Part shown: positions 62,913 to 64,000 of the stretch, piece after piece
How positions within the stretch are numbered: position 1 is the stretch's first letter
How the letters are laid out: each line of letters begins with the position of its first letter
Source of the DNA: Verrucomicrobiia bacterium
GTDB taxonomy: Bacteria > Verrucomicrobiota > Verrucomicrobiia > Limisphaerales > UBA1319
DNA: 64,000 nucleotides
Assembly (NCBI GenBank): GCA_963664225.1
Contig: OY760937.1
Span: 4,224,001-4,288,000, forward strand
Reading direction: 5' to 3'
Notes under the pieces: model-generated
Seen by the model: the letters and a program-made list of their open reading frames with translations, nothing else
What the model was told of the DNA's origin: nothing
Database searches by the model: none
Position numbers and translations under genes: made by a program

Positions 62913-63929
62913 TTATTTGGCTTTATCAGTCGAAGGGCTGGTTACAATCGGAGAGACGGGGACTTCTTTTTTGGACTCAGGTTTTGGCAGTTCGGCGGTG
63001 TCATCGGCGGACCGCACAATGCGCAGACCGACAAAATCGGCGGAAGCCAGCCACCAGATGCTCTGGGGCGATTGAGGGTCCATTTCATTCCATTCCTCGG
63101 TTTCGATCATGCGTGAGGCGCTGCGCAATCCGGTGACACCCGATTCAAATGTGCCGCCTCGAATCACACCCGGCTGATTGGTGCTGGACTTCTGGCACCA
63201 TTCGCCAATGTTTCCAACGATGTCGTAGAGGCCGAACTTGTTTGGTTTGAGTTTGCCGATGGGCTGTGTGGTTTCCCGGCCCGTGTCATCCACCGAATTG
63301 TCCTTGAACCAGCCATACTCCTTCGCCTGGGCCGCGTCATTGCCCCAGAAATTGGGCGTGGTGGATCCGGCGCGACATGCGTATTCCCATTCCTCTTCCG
63401 TCGCGAGACGGTATTTGACGCCGGTTTTCTTGCTCAGCCACAGGCAATATTGACAGGCGGTGGGGTAGCCAAAGCCCAGCGCGGGGTATCCCTTTTCACC
63501 GCGCTCGCGGTAAACCGAACCGTAAGGTGCGGTGGGATGACTGATGCCATCCTTGTCCACACGACCTTCCAGTTTGTTCGTGTTACGGACGATTTCTGAC
63601 ATGTCAACGAATACAAAAGGGAGGAATTCCGCCCAGGATACTTCGTATTTGCCCATCCAGAAAGATTTTACGGTGACTTTCTTCTGAGGCAGGTCCGATT
63701 TATCACGACCGGCTTCATTAGCCGGGCTGCCAACCGTGATTTCGCCTCCTGGAATGGCGACCATATCAAAGGAGACGGAGCTTCCGGGCATTTTCTGCGT
63801 GTAGCTCTTAAACCCGTCATTGGGCAGATCGGCTGCCAGACCTGACGGTTGGCCCGCATTCAACACCAGAAACACAAGCAACGCGCCGATATGGAGGGTC
63901 ATTTTTGAAGATTTCATTCCAGGTTTCAT
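62913..63929 (-). CDS. FGE-sulfatase (SUMF1-like) domain exported protein
   Basis: FWMGKYEV, RLATEEEWEYACRAG, PNKFGLYDIVGNIGEW and RGG. AAGGA precedes ATG 63929. Confidence 0.9.
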   Translation of the reverse strand: MKPGMKSSKMTLHIGALLVFLVLNAGQPSGLAADLPNDGFKSYTQKMPGSSVSFDMVAIPGGEITVGSPANEAGRDKSDLPQKKVTVKSFWMGKYEVSWAEFLPFVFVDMSEIVRNTNKLEGRVDKDGISHPTAPYGSVYRERGEKGYPALGFGYPTACQYCLWLSKKTGVKYRLATEEEWEYACRAGSTTPNFWGNDAAQAKEYGWFKDNSVDDTGRETTQPIGKLKPNKFGLYDIVGNIGEWCQKSSTNQPGVIRGGTFESGVTGLRSASRMIETEEWNEMDPQSPQSIWWLASADFVGLRIVRSADDTAELPKPESKKEVPVSPIVTSPSTDKAK

Positions 63930-64000
63930 GGATGTCCTTTTGTAAGGAGGCACGCAGTGCTCCTCCCACGTTATTATTTTTGACGTTTTCGACAGGTCAT

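Noticed and set aside
62913..63929. True formylglycine-generating enzyme
   Set aside because: The catalytic Cys pair after RGG is absent (RGGTFES), so only the fold is called.
1..64000. tRNA, rRNA, CRISPR arrays, prophage genes
   Set aside because: None recognised by eye. tRNAscan-SE and a CRISPR finder would be needed to exclude them formally.

Overview
GC-rich bacterial DNA, most likely Verrucomicrobiota (Pedosphaera/Limisphaera-like). This is inferred from the gene repertoire: BspA-type LRR proteins, giant LTD/CotH/LamG surface proteins and a Tat-exported Gfo/Idh/MocA. From left to right the window holds: an RND efflux cassette between two paralogous BspA genes; a tautomerase/nitroreductase pair; a NikR-boxed nickel ECF permease pair with no ATPase; an L,D-transpeptidase; a PAS histidine kinase behind a sigma28-type promoter; an HtrA / pseudo-HtrA / ECF sigma / anti-sigma / DUF3106 operon; a NarL-type response regulator; an OLD-like ATPase-TOPRIM gene cleanly split by a complete IS66; a propeller-type HisKA_3 kinase; mtnA and phhB; a GH106; three very large secreted proteins; an orphan FliA/WhiG sigma factor; glcD-glcF; and an FGE-domain protein. 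The most striking unannotated signal is two ~92%-identical copies of a ~230-bp non-coding unit flanking the response regulator gene. Each copy has a perfect 18-bp palindrome, a -10 element, a ~180-nt multi-hairpin RNA and an intrinsic terminator, making it a candidate twin-sRNA output of a two-component system. A second signal is a C-terminal 'W...F[YF]R' domain shared by all five large secreted proteins, a candidate lineage-specific sorting signal. All assignments come from reading motifs by eye; no databases were searched.
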